Source of the DNA: a virus
Direction: 5' to 3' (one strand)
DNA length: 64,000 bases
Virus record (IMG/VR): IMGVR_UViG_3300024999_001421
Shown: positions 10,585-21,836 of the stretch, piece after piece
Numbering within the stretch: the first letter of the stretch is position 1
Layout: each line of letters starts with the position of its first letter
Notes under the pieces: model-generated
Databases searched by the model: none
Told to the model about the DNA's origin: nothing
The model's input: the letters and a program-made list of their open reading frames with translations, nothing else
Translations under genes and position numbers: made by a program

Positions 10585-11588
10585 TTAATTAGATTAAAAA
10601 ATAACCGCAAAATTAGCCCCGCACAGGCGACTTAATATTGCAGGAATAGTTTTGTACCTGCTGTCGTTAATGGGGCATGGGAGGGGGTTTTAAGATGCCA
10701 CCACAGGCAAGAGTTTTGCTTAAGGAAGAAATTGCATACATGAAGCAATGGGGAAGTAAAGCATCATGCTCCGATATTGGAGTAAATTTACTAATGTCCG
10801 AGCAACAACTTGGCGTATATATGAAAAAGCACGGCATATCGAGGGCCAGTAAGGGTGCTAGACACCTTGTCGCACCAGACAAATACGAAGGACCAACATC
10901 TTATGTGCAGAGAGGAAAGGACAATAGATTTGTGAATCTCTTTAGTAGGCAGAAATTAGAAGGAAATATTAGACCGCCGGATAAACCCTGGAGCATGGAA
11001 GAAAGTTTTGCTAACCCGATAGTGCAAGTTAGCGCAATAGCAGGTGTTATGGTTTGGCGTAATAGCGGTAAAGGTGAATGTCTATGATTAATATTAACGA
11101 TAAAGTAAAACCTCTCCGGGGGCGTAATAAAAACAAAGAGGGAGAGGTGAGGTCGATATACAAAAACGGTTTGTGCTATGTGTATTTCGGCATAAATAAC
11201 TACAGTTTTTACTTTCCCAAAAATTTGGAGGTGGTAAGGGGTGGGGAGAACAGGGGCGAGACTTAGAGGGCTAGAGCGTAAGAATGAAATATTACTTAGA
11301 ATTATCTGTAGGCAGATTGTTTCGAGTTCTGATTTATGCCGAACATTAGACGGTTATAGCGTTATACTTAAAGATTTAATTGGTGACATGGAAGCACTAA
11401 AGCGTAGTAACTTCGATTACCAGATTAAATTGCTGAGTAAGAACTTGGACGATGCGCAGGAAATTATCGTCGGACTAGCTGCCAAGGTTGATAAACTCGA
11501 AAACACCGCATGGAGAAGGTTTTGTCGGTGGATTGGCAGGAAATAACCTACCGTTTGCGGTATAATATTACTTAAAGTAGGAGGCACT

Positions 11589-11780
11589 ATGACACCAAAA
11601 CCAGGAGAAGTATACATCCATTTCAAAGGTGGTCTGTACGATATTGTTTCAGTCATAAATGACATCGTGAAATATCGTAGTTGGAATACTGGTGAAGTGT
11701 ACGAGAGAAGTTTAGAAGAATTTACCGATTATGTTTGCCGTGGCTTTAGACTTCGGAAAAGATTTGAGAGGTTGGAATAA
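11589..11780 (+). CDS. DUF1653-like protein
   Basis: PGEVYIHFKGGLY...VKYR...YERSLEEF. Confidence 0.75.
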   Translation: MTPKPGEVYIHFKGGLYDIVSVINDIVKYRSWNTGEVYERSLEEFTDYVCRGFRLRKRFERLE

Positions 11781-11884
11781 TGGGGCGCAAAATTAGTAGG
11801 CCAAAGCAGGATAGGCAGGCACTATATAGCGAGTTTAAGAGTGCGGCCAAAGTTAATTTGCCTAAGAAGAAGGGGGATAAGTAA

Positions 11885-12535
11885 GTGAAAGTTTTACTAA
11901 CAAGTTACATTCCTAACCCAGAACAGGTAATTATTGAAGCTGCGGCAACGTGCTGGAAATCTGTACCGAGAGAAGGAATATTGGATCATATTATTAAGGC
12001 AGGTCATTTAACTCCTACAGAGTTTGCCGTATTTAATTTCCGCATCGAAGGTGTGAGTAGGTCGTTAATGGCTCAGTTGACTCGTAAGCGGTCAGGTGTA
12101 GCGTTTGCGGTGGAGAGTCAGAGGTATGTAAACTATGAAAACGGATTCACCAGCATTGTTCCTGAAAGTATAAGGAGTAATTTTTCATTACTTAATAAAT
12201 ACGGCGATTTAATAGCTAAAATTGCCAATACCTATAATGATTTTATTGAAAATGATATACCCGAAGAAGATGCCCGTTTTATTTTACCTAACGCATGTAC
12301 TACGACAATTAGTATGTCAATTAACTATCATGCCTTAATTGACTTATGCCGTGAACGTCTATGTGGCAGGGCGCAATGGGAGATCAGGGAACTTGTTGTA
12401 GAAATCAAGAAAATGGTTTCCGAAGTTTCTCCGAAGTTGGCAAGTTATCTACAACCTAAGTGTTATTGGCTGAAGCATTGTCCAGAGGGTAAGAGATGTA
12501 ATAATTATGCCGGTATTGTGCAGGAGGTTAACTGA
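11885..12535 (+). CDS. thyX: FAD-dependent thymidylate synthase
   Basis: GH.TPTEF, GVSRSLMAQLTR, SQRYV, EDARFILP, RLCGRAQWEIR. Confidence 0.92.
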   Translation: MKVLLTSYIPNPEQVIIEAAATCWKSVPREGILDHIIKAGHLTPTEFAVFNFRIEGVSRSLMAQLTRKRSGVAFAVESQRYVNYENGFTSIVPESIRSNFSLLNKYGDLIAKIANTYNDFIENDIPEEDARFILPNACTTTISMSINYHALIDLCRERLCGRAQWEIRELVVEIKKMVSEVSPKLASYLQPKCYWLKHCPEGKRCNNYAGIVQEVN

Positions 12536-13009
12536 ATGAGTTTTATGTTTATGAAAATGGCAGATGAAGTAGCCAAAAAATCAGACTGCCTATCGCGACA
12601 GGTCGGGGCAGTTTTAGTGGGAGAAAACTTCCTTTTTGAAATGGCAAATACTTCGGTAAATAATCCTGAAAGTTGCAAGAAAGACGGTCAATGCCTACGC
12701 CGAAAAATGGGTATACCGAGCGGCGAGAGGTTAGAATTGTGCAGGATAATCCATGCTGAGGTTTCAGTAATTATTCAGGCACTAAGGTTTACTAAAACTA
12801 CTACCGGAGCAACGCTATATGTTACATGTCCACCGTGTAATATCTGCGCTCACATAATTGTAGGCACCGGAATTAAGAAGGTTGTTTATAAGGACGACTA
12901 CCCCGGCAATGGTCTTGACGTGCTTAGGCGGGGCGGCGTTGAGGTTGAGAGATACCAAGAATCGGACCCGATTATTAAGGAAAATCCCGACGAAGGAGCG
13001 ATTGAATAA
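12536..13009 (+). CDS. dCMP deaminase
   Basis: RQVGAV, HAE, PCNIC zinc-binding motifs. Confidence 0.92.
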   Translation: MSFMFMKMADEVAKKSDCLSRQVGAVLVGENFLFEMANTSVNNPESCKKDGQCLRRKMGIPSGERLELCRIIHAEVSVIIQALRFTKTTTGATLYVTCPPCNICAHIIVGTGIKKVVYKDDYPGNGLDVLRRGGVEVERYQESDPIIKENPDEGAIE

Positions 13010-13602
13010 TGGATAACTACCGAAGCAGGATAATTGCCTTGCATGAAGCGCAAACACGAAAGGGCATGGATAAATACGGAACCGTCCTAGAGCAAAACAC
13101 CGACGATATTTTTAAGCGGTTGGAGCATTTCAGGCAGGAGATGTTGGATGGACTGAACTACTCGTTTTGGTTGGAGGACGAACTTAGGAAGTTGGTAATT
13201 GGTAAATCGTGCAATAGTTGTATTAACCGTTTTGAAATAAGCGGTAAATGTATTTATTATCCTGAAAAACAAAAAATCTGCATAGAAAGTGACTACTGCT
13301 TTTGGGATCAGAGCAAGTCTTTACTTAAAGATTGCCAAAATTGCACCAATAGCACGCCGAAAGGTTGTGATTTTGGCCTTGGATGGTATACGAAAGACTA
13401 CTGTATAGAGCATGACTATTGCCACCATTCAGCCAACGAGAAACATGAGGGATGTGAGGGATGCGCTAATCAGAGAGCTAATCATCCAAACGGCTGTCAG
13501 TTTCATCCGCAAGTAAGTAGTTATTGCCGCAAATATGGATTTTGCCATTATGTATCGGAAGATGCTGTGTTAGAAATTTCTGGGCCGGAGGTAACTTGTT
13601 GA
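13009..13602 (+). CDS. hypothetical: all-alpha N-terminal domain + three Cys-rich repeats
   Basis: KGMDKYG...QEMLDGLNY then repeated CxxC...C...YC units. Confidence 0.5.
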   Translation: MDNYRSRIIALHEAQTRKGMDKYGTVLEQNTDDIFKRLEHFRQEMLDGLNYSFWLEDELRKLVIGKSCNSCINRFEISGKCIYYPEKQKICIESDYCFWDQSKSLLKDCQNCTNSTPKGCDFGLGWYTKDYCIEHDYCHHSANEKHEGCEGCANQRANHPNGCQFHPQVSSYCRKYGFCHYVSEDAVLEISGPEVTC

Positions 13603-13907
13603 TGATTAATGGCAAAACAAAAACCATAAAACTGCCGAAACTTCGAGAAGGTTTATATAAATCTCCTATATCTCAGTTTATGCAAATTTCCGAGGAAATG
13701 GGCGAGTTGTCGGAGAGATTGGGGCAATTGACCGGAGAAACAGGAAAGCGCAAAGACGTTCCTGCTGATATAAGAAATAAGGTGATTGAAGAAGCAATGG
13801 ACGTGGCGCAGGCAGCGGTAGAGTTAGTATTTAATCTTTGCATTTTCTACGATGTTGCCGAAGAAATGCATTGGCGTAAGATGATTGAGCGAGGGTATCT
13901 TGAATGA
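13602..13907 (+). CDS. MazG-like NTP pyrophosphohydrolase
   Basis: EEMGEL...EEAMDV motifs. Confidence 0.8.
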   Translation: MINGKTKTIKLPKLREGLYKSPISQFMQISEEMGELSERLGQLTGETGKRKDVPADIRNKVIEEAMDVAQAAVELVFNLCIFYDVAEEMHWRKMIERGYLE

Positions 13908-14854
13908 TCGCAAAATGGAAATGTGGGTGCGGTCAGGAAAATTGGTCAAATGTATATAGCGCAGGCACCACGACAGTTAAATGCGTGAAATGTTATGCCG
14001 ACTATGCGCTTACTACTAAGATTGTTATGGTGCAGTTAATGGGAGGTAGAACAGAAAAAGGGAGTTGATATCATGAGTAGGGCATGGAGCGACGAGGAAA
14101 AGCGAATAGCTAGTCTCCATTTGCCAATTAAGGATATATATAAAATTTACCGTGCCGCCGGATTTGTCAGAAGTAAAAACAGTATCCGCAGATGGAGAAA
14201 TGTAAACGGTATGAGAAGCTTAAAAGAATCTGACTTAAATGCTCCAGAGATAGAGATAAAAACAAAAGAACGCAAACGCTTTCCTGTCGGACTTCGGGAT
14301 TGGCTGATGTTTGGATGAAAAAGCGCAGACGAAAGAAAAAGCAACCTCATTGCGGGTGGTGTCTCTCAAAACTTCACCCCGGCAAAATGGGGTGGATGCG
14401 GGTACTAAGCAAAAACTGCCTGCACAAGAACGGCAGGTTTAAACCTTGCAGACATTTTAGGCCGAACATGGATCATCCTAAGTGGAAATATGAAGGATTT
14501 GTGGACATTGGAGGGTGTTAAATGAGCGAGTACAAAGAAGAATTATCCGCACTTGTCGAGAAGATTCGGCAGGATGGGGCGAAGGAAGAACGCAGGAGAA
14601 TTGCCGAGAAATTAGCTGATTGGGATTTTTGCGTATTAGATATAGATAAAAATGCTAATTGTATTAATGATTGTGTTGAGCATTTTGAAAGACTGCTTAA
14701 TGAGGCAAATAATGTCTAGTCAAGAAAACGGCCAAGTGCTGGACAAACTAACCATTACTGACGTTATGGACTATGTTAAGAAAAACTGCTTTCTATATAA
14801 AGAACAATGGTGGTTGGATAGAAAAACGTATGGACATTTGGAGGAAAAGAAAAA

Positions 14855-15379
14855 ATGAAAGTTTGCGGAGTAGATGCCAGTCTTACGAGTACAGGAATAG
14901 CAATATTACATTGCGACAATGAACCGATAACTACAGCGGTAAAGAATAGTTTAACCGGGATACTAAGGTTAATTTATGTGCGCGACTATGTTAAACAGGT
15001 TGTTGAGGGCGCAGACTTAGCGGTTATCGAAGGATATGCTTTCAGTAAGGGCGATTTTGCCCATGCGAAGGGTGAATTGGGCGGTGTATTGCGCTTGATG
15101 ATTGTTGATAGCGGAATAAAACTGTTGGAAGTTACGCCTAATCAGTTAAAAAAGTTTGCAACTGGGGAGCATAACGCAAGTAAGGAAAAGGTTGCTGTTG
15201 GTGTATATAAGCGTTGGGGTAAGGAATTTAAGGAAAATGACGAAACGGATGCCTATGTTCTAGCTGAAATCGGAAGGGCATATTTAGGGTTAACAGACAA
15301 ACTTACCACATATCAGCAGGAAGTAATCGACGCTCTGCATGGCAAGTCGGAGGTCAAGAAAAAGCGTAAGAAAAAATGA
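14855..15379 (+). CDS. RuvC-like Holliday junction resolvase
   Basis: GVDASLTSTG, VIEG, KKFATG...ASKE, DETDA. Confidence 0.88.
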   Translation: MKVCGVDASLTSTGIAILHCDNEPITTAVKNSLTGILRLIYVRDYVKQVVEGADLAVIEGYAFSKGDFAHAKGELGGVLRLMIVDSGIKLLEVTPNQLKKFATGEHNASKEKVAVGVYKRWGKEFKENDETDAYVLAEIGRAYLGLTDKLTTYQQEVIDALHGKSEVKKKRKKK

Positions 15380-16256
15380 GATTGACGGCAGAAATTGAAC
15401 GACAACTAACTGACGAGTTTATCACGTTTTGCGAACTTAACCGGGACAAGTTGGCCGGGATGAAGGATAATTCTACCCGGATGAATTTTATGCAGGAGAA
15501 ATTGCCACACATACCGCAGTATTTAGTTTTGAGGAAGGTTAGACCTTATCTGACTAAGGGGGTTTGATATGTGGATTATACTAAGTAAGATTATTTTATC
15601 AGTTTTTATATTCTACCTTTTGGTTAACGTGCTTGCTTTTTTAGCTACGGTTAATCAGTTTCTAAATATTGGAACATATGAACTAACATATCTACTTTTG
15701 TTTTGTGTGGTTATTTACGGGATATATAGAATCTTACCATTCTAAGGGGGTTTAGTTTATTTATACTTTATTCTGCATGACTTATTCTGAATTTTTACGA
15801 AGGACGAGTAAGAATATGTTTAAAGTTAACGTATTACCGCTTTGGCAGGTTAGAAGTTTTTCCGAGAAGGATAATTTCCGCAATATTGGCACCAATTTCT
15901 GCCGCAATCATTTACGCAGGGCCAGGGCAAATTTATGGTCGGGGCAGAGAAAAAGGCAGGGGGTTGAGGCATAATGTTTGGTTTAGGTTTAGCTATCGGT
16001 CTATTTGTTGGCTGCATGGTCGGGATGTTTATCATGTCTCTAATGTTCATTGCTAGAAAAGAAGATGCGGAGATTATGAGAAATGCCGAACAGTAGATTA
16101 AAGAAAGTAGTCGGACCCGATCCTCGCCTGATTAGCGAGCAGGTTCCGATAAACTTTAAGAACGTAGACGGGGAAATGGTCTATATTCCGAATTGGTGGG
16201 TAGATATACCGGAACCGCCGAAGTTTGTGGAAGTTAAGAAAAAGAAAAAATAAGGG

Positions 16257-17123
16257 GTGGTTGGGTTAATAAAATTTTATGTGTCAAAGACAGGAAATAA
16301 ACTTAACCGTCGCCCGTGGGTTCCCGAATTTGTAACCGATAATCTGTGTCTTAACCCGATGTATAGTCGGGTAAGACTGCAGAGGGGGGGGGTAAATATC
16401 CTCCTTGACTCTGGAGCGTTTCAGGATGTGGATAAGGATAAACGGTTGACTTTTGAGGAAGCACTTATTCGTCAGCTTAAATTTGAACAAACAGCAGGGT
16501 TTATCTCTCAAAGAATAGTCAGTTATGACAGGTTAGTTGATGAACAATTAAAGGACGGCAAGAAGGTAAAATGTCGGGTAGACGACGATAAAGGTTGGGA
16601 ATATGTCAAGGACACCGTTGGAGCTGCACAATATCTAGTTAGTCAACGAGAGAAATTAGAACCTCGTCAGTTGGTTTTGTCCAATCAGGGTACTACAACA
16701 GAGCAATACTTACAGTGTTTGCGAGAGGTGTTAAGGATAGCACAACCGCAGGACTGTATTGGGATGGGTGGATTTTGTATAATCGGGAGCAGAAAAACAC
16801 TACAACCGCAGTTTTTTGAGATACAAGAGAAGGCGTTTCCACTAATAAAATCTGCTGGCATAACTGATATACACCTGTTTGGGGTAACTACTATCCCGGT
16901 ATTAACAAAGTGGTCAGAGTTGGCAAGACCATACGACTTTAACTTGTCGGTTGATAGTTCGTCAGCAGAGCGCAGATCGGTTTTTGGTAGTGTATTCAGT
17001 CCAGATACAGGTAAATGGGAATTAAAATATACAAGACAAGACAAATACATTGCCTATCACCCCAGGGACTTAGCATTGATTAACACAATAAACTTTAAGG
17101 ATTATCTGGAGGGCATAGCGTGA
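16257..17123 (+). CDS. tRNA-guanine transglycosylase-fold protein (DpdA/TGT-like)
   Basis: LLDSGAF, IGMGG, IHLFG, SVDSSS motifs. Confidence 0.75.
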   Translation: MVGLIKFYVSKTGNKLNRRPWVPEFVTDNLCLNPMYSRVRLQRGGVNILLDSGAFQDVDKDKRLTFEEALIRQLKFEQTAGFISQRIVSYDRLVDEQLKDGKKVKCRVDDDKGWEYVKDTVGAAQYLVSQREKLEPRQLVLSNQGTTTEQYLQCLREVLRIAQPQDCIGMGGFCIIGSRKTLQPQFFEIQEKAFPLIKSAGITDIHLFGVTTIPVLTKWSELARPYDFNLSVDSSSAERRSVFGSVFSPDTGKWELKYTRQDKYIAYHPRDLALINTINFKDYLEGIA

Positions 17124-17638
17124 TAGTATTCCTTTATATGGCGGCAATTTTGACCGGAAATTGGTTAAGTAGTATGTTTGTACCGGTTGAAATTGGCCCA
17201 TTTTTAATAAGTTTAGGAACCTTTACAGTAGGGTCAACCTTTATACTTAGGGATTTGGTGCAGAATAAACATGGAAGATATAAGACGTATACATTTATAT
17301 GCTCAGCACTTCTTTTGTCGCTGATACAGTCGGCAATAATGGGACAAGGTTTGCCTGTGGTTATTGCTTCCTCTCTGGCATTTGCGGTGAGCGAGACAAC
17401 CGACACTGAAATTTATACAAGACTTAAATTGCCGGTCCATTGGCGCATCTGGTGGTCAGGTTTTGCCGGAGGTATCCTTGATAGTGCTGTGTTTATCGTA
17501 CTGGGATTATCTCCGCTTGGTATGAATTTTATGCCTTGGTCGGTGGTTCCAATGGCCATAATTGGTCAATCATTGATAAAGTTAATCATGCAGGCAATAG
17601 GGGCAGGTATAATAAAAATCATGGGAGGGCATAGATGA
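17120..17638 (+). CDS. VUT/YhhQ-family queuosine-precursor transporter
   Basis: multi-TM; F.LRDLVQ..G, ASSLAFAVSE..D..IY, DS..F motifs; overlaps TGT-like gene. Confidence 0.85.
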   Translation: MIVFLYMAAILTGNWLSSMFVPVEIGPFLISLGTFTVGSTFILRDLVQNKHGRYKTYTFICSALLLSLIQSAIMGQGLPVVIASSLAFAVSETTDTEIYTRLKLPVHWRIWWSGFAGGILDSAVFIVLGLSPLGMNFMPWSVVPMAIIGQSLIKLIMQAIGAGIIKIMGGHR

Positions 17639-18072
17639 GAAAACCTCTCGCTGACCCATTTAAGCAGGAAAAACAAATAGTCGCTAGCTATCTAGTTAAC
17701 TATTTTGAGATAAAGTTACAGTATGAGCAGGACCGGGAGAGGATACTTGAAAACTCTCCCCCGCCCGCTGACGGTATGCCTCGCGGTAGCAGTGTTGGTA
17801 ATAAAACAGCTAGTGCAGGTATCGCGTTGGCATCATTGGCGGTAACAGGAACATGGCTGCGGGTAGTTAATGAACTGGTAGCAGGTTTGAACGATGATGA
17901 TAAATTGTTGCTAAGATTGAAACGGACGTATGGGGAACATATTAAAGGAAATTCGGTTAAGGAAAGAATTGCTAGAGAATTGAGGGTGAATATAAAAACG
18001 GCGTATAACCGCTGGCAGGGTATATTGGAGAAGGGACAGGAGCTGGCGGTTAAAAGGGGATTGTTGAGGTAG
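17635..18072 (+). CDS. ArpU/RinA-like late transcription activator
   Basis: GMPRGSSVGNKT, C-terminal sigma4-like HTH; last gene of operon. Confidence 0.65.
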   Translation: MRKPLADPFKQEKQIVASYLVNYFEIKLQYEQDRERILENSPPPADGMPRGSSVGNKTASAGIALASLAVTGTWLRVVNELVAGLNDDDKLLLRLKRTYGEHIKGNSVKERIARELRVNIKTAYNRWQGILEKGQELAVKRGLLR

Positions 18073-18100
18073 GCAGGGGAAAGATCCCCTGCTTTTTTAT
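18072..18100 (+). terminator. intrinsic terminator at convergent junction
   Basis: GCAGGGGA-AAGA-TCCCCTGC followed by T6. Confidence 0.8.
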
Positions 18101-18167
18101 GCAAAAAAAATTTACTATTTCCTGGTAGGCGGCTTTTAACGGGTATACCTCCATAAACCGGTGAGAG

Positions 18168-18509
18168 TTAAGCAGTAGCGTCTGTTGATTCGGCAATCGC
18201 GTCGTCAAGCCACTGAATTTCAGCTTGACGACGCTTTTTGTCTGCCTCAACATCGGCAATATACTGTTGGATGCAGAGTAATGCTTCTTTGCGCTGTATT
18301 GGATAATAATTTCTTGCCGGGTGACTGTGGCATTGGCAGGTGCCAAGACCTAGGTCGGAACTGCTGTAACAATTGATTTCTGTAATCATCCATTCGCCGT
18401 CATGGAAATACAGGGATTTTTCGGCAATATTGTCGCCGTACTGGTTGATTCTGGTTTCCAAAACTAAATCTTGACCTGCGCGTAAATTTTCAAGCATACC
18501 TTTTAGCAT
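18168..18509 (-). CDS. hypothetical early protein
   Basis: GGGAGG RBS before MLKGML. Confidence 0.65.
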   Translation of the reverse strand: MLKGMLENLRAGQDLVLETRINQYGDNIAEKSLYFHDGEWMITEINCYSSSDLGLGTCQCHSHPARNYYPIQRKEALLCIQQYIADVEADKKRRQAEIQWLDDAIAESTDATA

Positions 18510-18589
18510 TTCAATTCCTCCCTTAGTTTTTAATCTCCTACCCAACGCCTTCTTGGACGCTTGGCAGGGGATTAAACCCCTGCTAACAA

Positions 18590-18967
18590 CTATTCGACTA
18601 TTTGCGGATGCGCCACTGATTCCCAACCGTCACCTGTCCAGCGATAAGATTCTCCCATTGTAGGGATAACCATATCGCAACCATAGACAGTTTCATGCAC
18701 AAACTTTCCGTCGTAGCGTATAATTTCTTCAAGGATAAAGTCTTTCTTGTGACTTAACTCACTGGTGTTTCCTGATGTGGAAAACCCTGTGCGCTGTAGT
18801 TTTTCCGATCCGCTTCCTGGCATTGTGTACCATTTCGCAACCGGAACCGGCATTGCATCAAATGGACCAACCCTAGATTCCGATCTTTTGCTTTTGGAAC
18901 CACTTTCAGTTGTGTATCCTTCAGCGACCGCATACCACTTTCCGCTAGTTTGAAACATATTCATCAT
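18590..18967 (-). CDS. hypothetical early protein
   Basis: AGGAGG RBS, overlaps upstream gene. Confidence 0.65.
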   Translation of the reverse strand: MMNMFQTSGKWYAVAEGYTTESGSKSKRSESRVGPFDAMPVPVAKWYTMPGSGSEKLQRTGFSTSGNTSELSHKKDFILEEIIRYDGKFVHETVYGCDMVIPTMGESYRWTGDGWESVAHPQIVE

Positions 18968-19119
18968 TTTTCCTCCTTCGCCGGTTCTCCCGGCACTAAT
19001 TTTTTAACCACAATCTCGCTAATCCCCTTCCCTTCAAATGCCGCCTGTTCGCGTAGTTTTTCAGCAAGCGACTTAGGGAAGGTTATGCTGATACGTATTT
19101 TGTCTCTCGGTATGGTCAT
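18964..19119 (-). CDS. ribbon-helix-helix regulator
   Basis: KIRISITFPKSLAEKLREQAAFEGKGISEIV. Confidence 0.75.
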   Translation of the reverse strand: MTIPRDKIRISITFPKSLAEKLREQAAFEGKGISEIVVKKLVPGEPAKEEK

Positions 19120-19340
19120 ACTTCCCATTTCCCTTCGGTCACGCATAGTATTTGACCAACGGAATCGGAACAAAGGTGTAGAGAACGGTATAATTTAGCT
19201 GTTTCCTCGCGGTTTCTGCCGAGATAGCGCGATGCTTCAACTGCATCACGGAAACTTTTAACAACATTGTCGTTGCGCTGTGGGAGTGCTTGGAATTTTC
19301 TCTCCCAATTACAGGTATCGAAAACTTGCTCTAACGTCAT
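19116..19340 (-). CDS. hypothetical protein
   Basis: AGGAGG RBS before MTLEQV. Confidence 0.6.
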   Translation of the reverse strand: MTLEQVFDTCNWERKFQALPQRNDNVVKSFRDAVEASRYLGRNREETAKLYRSLHLCSDSVGQILCVTEGKWEV

Positions 19341-19361
19341 GGTATGCGCCTCCTTTTGCTT

Positions 19362-19403
19362 AGGTGATGCACTTATTATATAGCTTAGTGCATCACCTGT
19401 CAA
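19362..19403 (-). promoter_or_regulatory. consensus sigmaA promoter with 12-bp inverted-repeat operator
   Basis: TTGACA-17-TATAAT; AGGTGATGCACT (19362-73) / AGTGCATCACCT (19387-98) flank the -10. Confidence 0.85.
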
Positions 19404-20478
19404 GCAAAAAAAATATTAAAGTTTAGCCATAATTTCCGACATTGCATATTTGATATTGTTTAACTTACTTTGCTCTATATCAATCAGGTTAACGAGTGCT
19501 AATGTATCCTCGCTGGACATATTATATTTACCGGACAATTCCCAGACTAACTTTTTAATCTCTCCAAGTCTGGATTGCTTTAGTTCATCGAAGCGTTGCG
19601 GTTGTGGTTTTGGTTGATTAGGATTAATCACTGTACCACCTCCACCCACTCTGCCGCTCTAAAATGCTCTGCCGTCCACTGACAGGCATCCAACGGCGAA
19701 GTTCCCCAGACTTCCTTCCGATCCACCCCAGCAGGGATAGTAGTTTTGCCTATGCGTAAGTCGGGGAAATGGACTGACAATCGGTATTTGCTTAACCCAG
19801 GTGTATTTGTACCTGTCGGCGTTTTGCCCCGCTGTATCGGGTTGCTAGACGTGTTTATGGTCATTGTGTTGCCTCCAATGTGCTTTCCTCTAACATCTTC
19901 CTAAGTTCCCTCGCCACGTTACCCAAAGCATCCGACTTACCACGATAATAACCTTCTAGGTACTCTTGGTTATTACGTTTCATTATTTCCATTTCGGTCT
20001 TAGCATTTATAGAACTCGTGGCGTAGTTTTGGATTAAAATCTCTATGTATTCCCGCATATAACGACCTCCCTCATAGTATTGGGGTAATCCCCTCCCGAA
20101 ACCCTCCTGCTAGAGAGTTTAGGCAAGGGACGTTAGTCCCTGCAATTATCCTGTAAGATGCAAATACCAAATTGATCTACCAGACTTATATCTTTTGTTT
20201 TCCTTGGTTACAAACTTAGTAACTTTAAACCTTACATAATTACTTCCATCCCTTCTAACACTGCCCGAAATGTTATTTCCTTTCATATACTTTTTTACTG
20301 CCTCGGTTGCATTTTTAGCTATTACTACCGCATCATCATTAAATAAACCTTTGTTTCCATCATAGATTAAATATGTATTAGTCATAAATCTAACCCCCTT
20401 TTAATTTTACCAAAATCCCCTCTTGTGACACTTTGGTAAAACTGCGGCGTTAAGGTGCCGCTTGCCTCATACTTGTTG

Positions 20479-21111
20479 CTAATCCAGTAAACGTGTTAAT
20501 TTATTTCCCTTGAATGGCTTTAGCGTTTCACTATCGTTCCACCAATGCCATTCTCCCCCGAAAAGTTTAGGAATGAAAATTTGCTGTTCTTTGTCTAGTG
20601 TGTACCTAAGATTATCCATATCAAGTGAAAATGTTTCCATGTCCTTCTGCATCTTTTCGCCTTGAATAATTCGCGCCCTCTGGATTTTAACCCTGCCGGT
20701 TTTTGTGTGACTGATAACTACTACAAGTGATTCTTGTGTCGTGTAGTACCAGTCCTTAACCGCAAAACCGTTTATTTTTAATATTTCCTGTGCCTTCTGT
20801 AAAGCTGTTTTGCCGTCCTTGTCGGTTGTCGGTTGTGCTGCGCCTATCGGTAATAGGTTGTTAATGTCTGTGGTATTACTTCCCTTTGTGCTACCGTTGC
20901 GAGCAATCTTTAAAACTCTAACTTGAGTAAATGTAGAGTAACAATAAATATGGTCAATGCGGTAAGTGCCGTTCCACTCCTTGACCTGGCACTCCTGACC
21001 AACCTTCCAACCGTCGAACTCCTGCACATATCCAGTTTTGACCTCTTGCCGTGGTGCTGTTGCTGTGATAATCGGCATTTGAGCGTTAGAGAAATTTATT
21101 ATCTTTGTCAT
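20479..21111 (-). CDS. hypothetical early protein
   Basis: 210 aa ORF, AGGAGG RBS. Confidence 0.7.
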   Translation of the reverse strand: MTKIINFSNAQMPIITATAPRQEVKTGYVQEFDGWKVGQECQVKEWNGTYRIDHIYCYSTFTQVRVLKIARNGSTKGSNTTDINNLLPIGAAQPTTDKDGKTALQKAQEILKINGFAVKDWYYTTQESLVVVISHTKTGRVKIQRARIIQGEKMQKDMETFSLDMDNLRYTLDKEQQIFIPKLFGGEWHWWNDSETLKPFKGNKLTRLLD

Positions 21112-21209
21112 GGTATGACCTCCTATGTTATAATATCGGTGGACATATATTTTCCCTGCTCCCCGGTTTTACTGCTCACAACAGCTACCGGGGAGTTTGA
21201 ATTTGTATA

Positions 21210-21836
21210 TTAACAGGCGTATTTTCCCAGTACGGTTTTAGTTGTATTTTCCTTCCAGTTTGCGCTATTTATTATCGACCAATGTTTATTATAGCCGTTA
21301 AAATGCCTCAATAAATGGAGTATTTCGCGGTTATCCTGATCTACCCATAAGGAAAAGTTAGGGTATTGCTTGCCCTCGCTTTTTTCCAAGGCGTAAAAAT
21401 AGGCTTTAATTTCCTCTGCGCGGGCGGTAAGTTCTGCGTTAAATTTGAATTCATCCCCGAAGTTATGACCCTCGCGGTCTTTAAAAACTCGATAACCGGC
21501 CAAGTCAGGAAGAATAACAACCTCGTCAAAACTGCAACCCAGAGAATTTACAATACTGAGAATTTCGGATTTGGTGTACTTAAAAGTTTTGTGTCTCATA
21601 CTGACGATGCTGTGCTTGTTACAATCGTCGTCATTATGGATATAATGGCAATGGTCAACTATCCCGGCAAAGGTAAATTGTTTAACGCTTTTGACGCTGT
21701 TTTTGGTTACTTCAAAACCAGACATTTCTAAGTAGATTGCCTCCCCTTTGTCATTGTGAAAAGCTGTTCTAATGCGGCAATTTTCAACCATTCCGCGCGG
21801 TACGCATCCGGCACCTTCAAAATATAAAGTTTTCAT
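21210..21836 (-). CDS. hypothetical early protein
   Basis: GGGAGG RBS before MKTLYFEGAGC. Confidence 0.7.
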   Translation of the reverse strand: MKTLYFEGAGCVPRGMVENCRIRTAFHNDKGEAIYLEMSGFEVTKNSVKSVKQFTFAGIVDHCHYIHNDDDCNKHSIVSMRHKTFKYTKSEILSIVNSLGCSFDEVVILPDLAGYRVFKDREGHNFGDEFKFNAELTARAEEIKAYFYALEKSEGKQYPNFSLWVDQDNREILHLLRHFNGYNKHWSIINSANWKENTTKTVLGKYAC

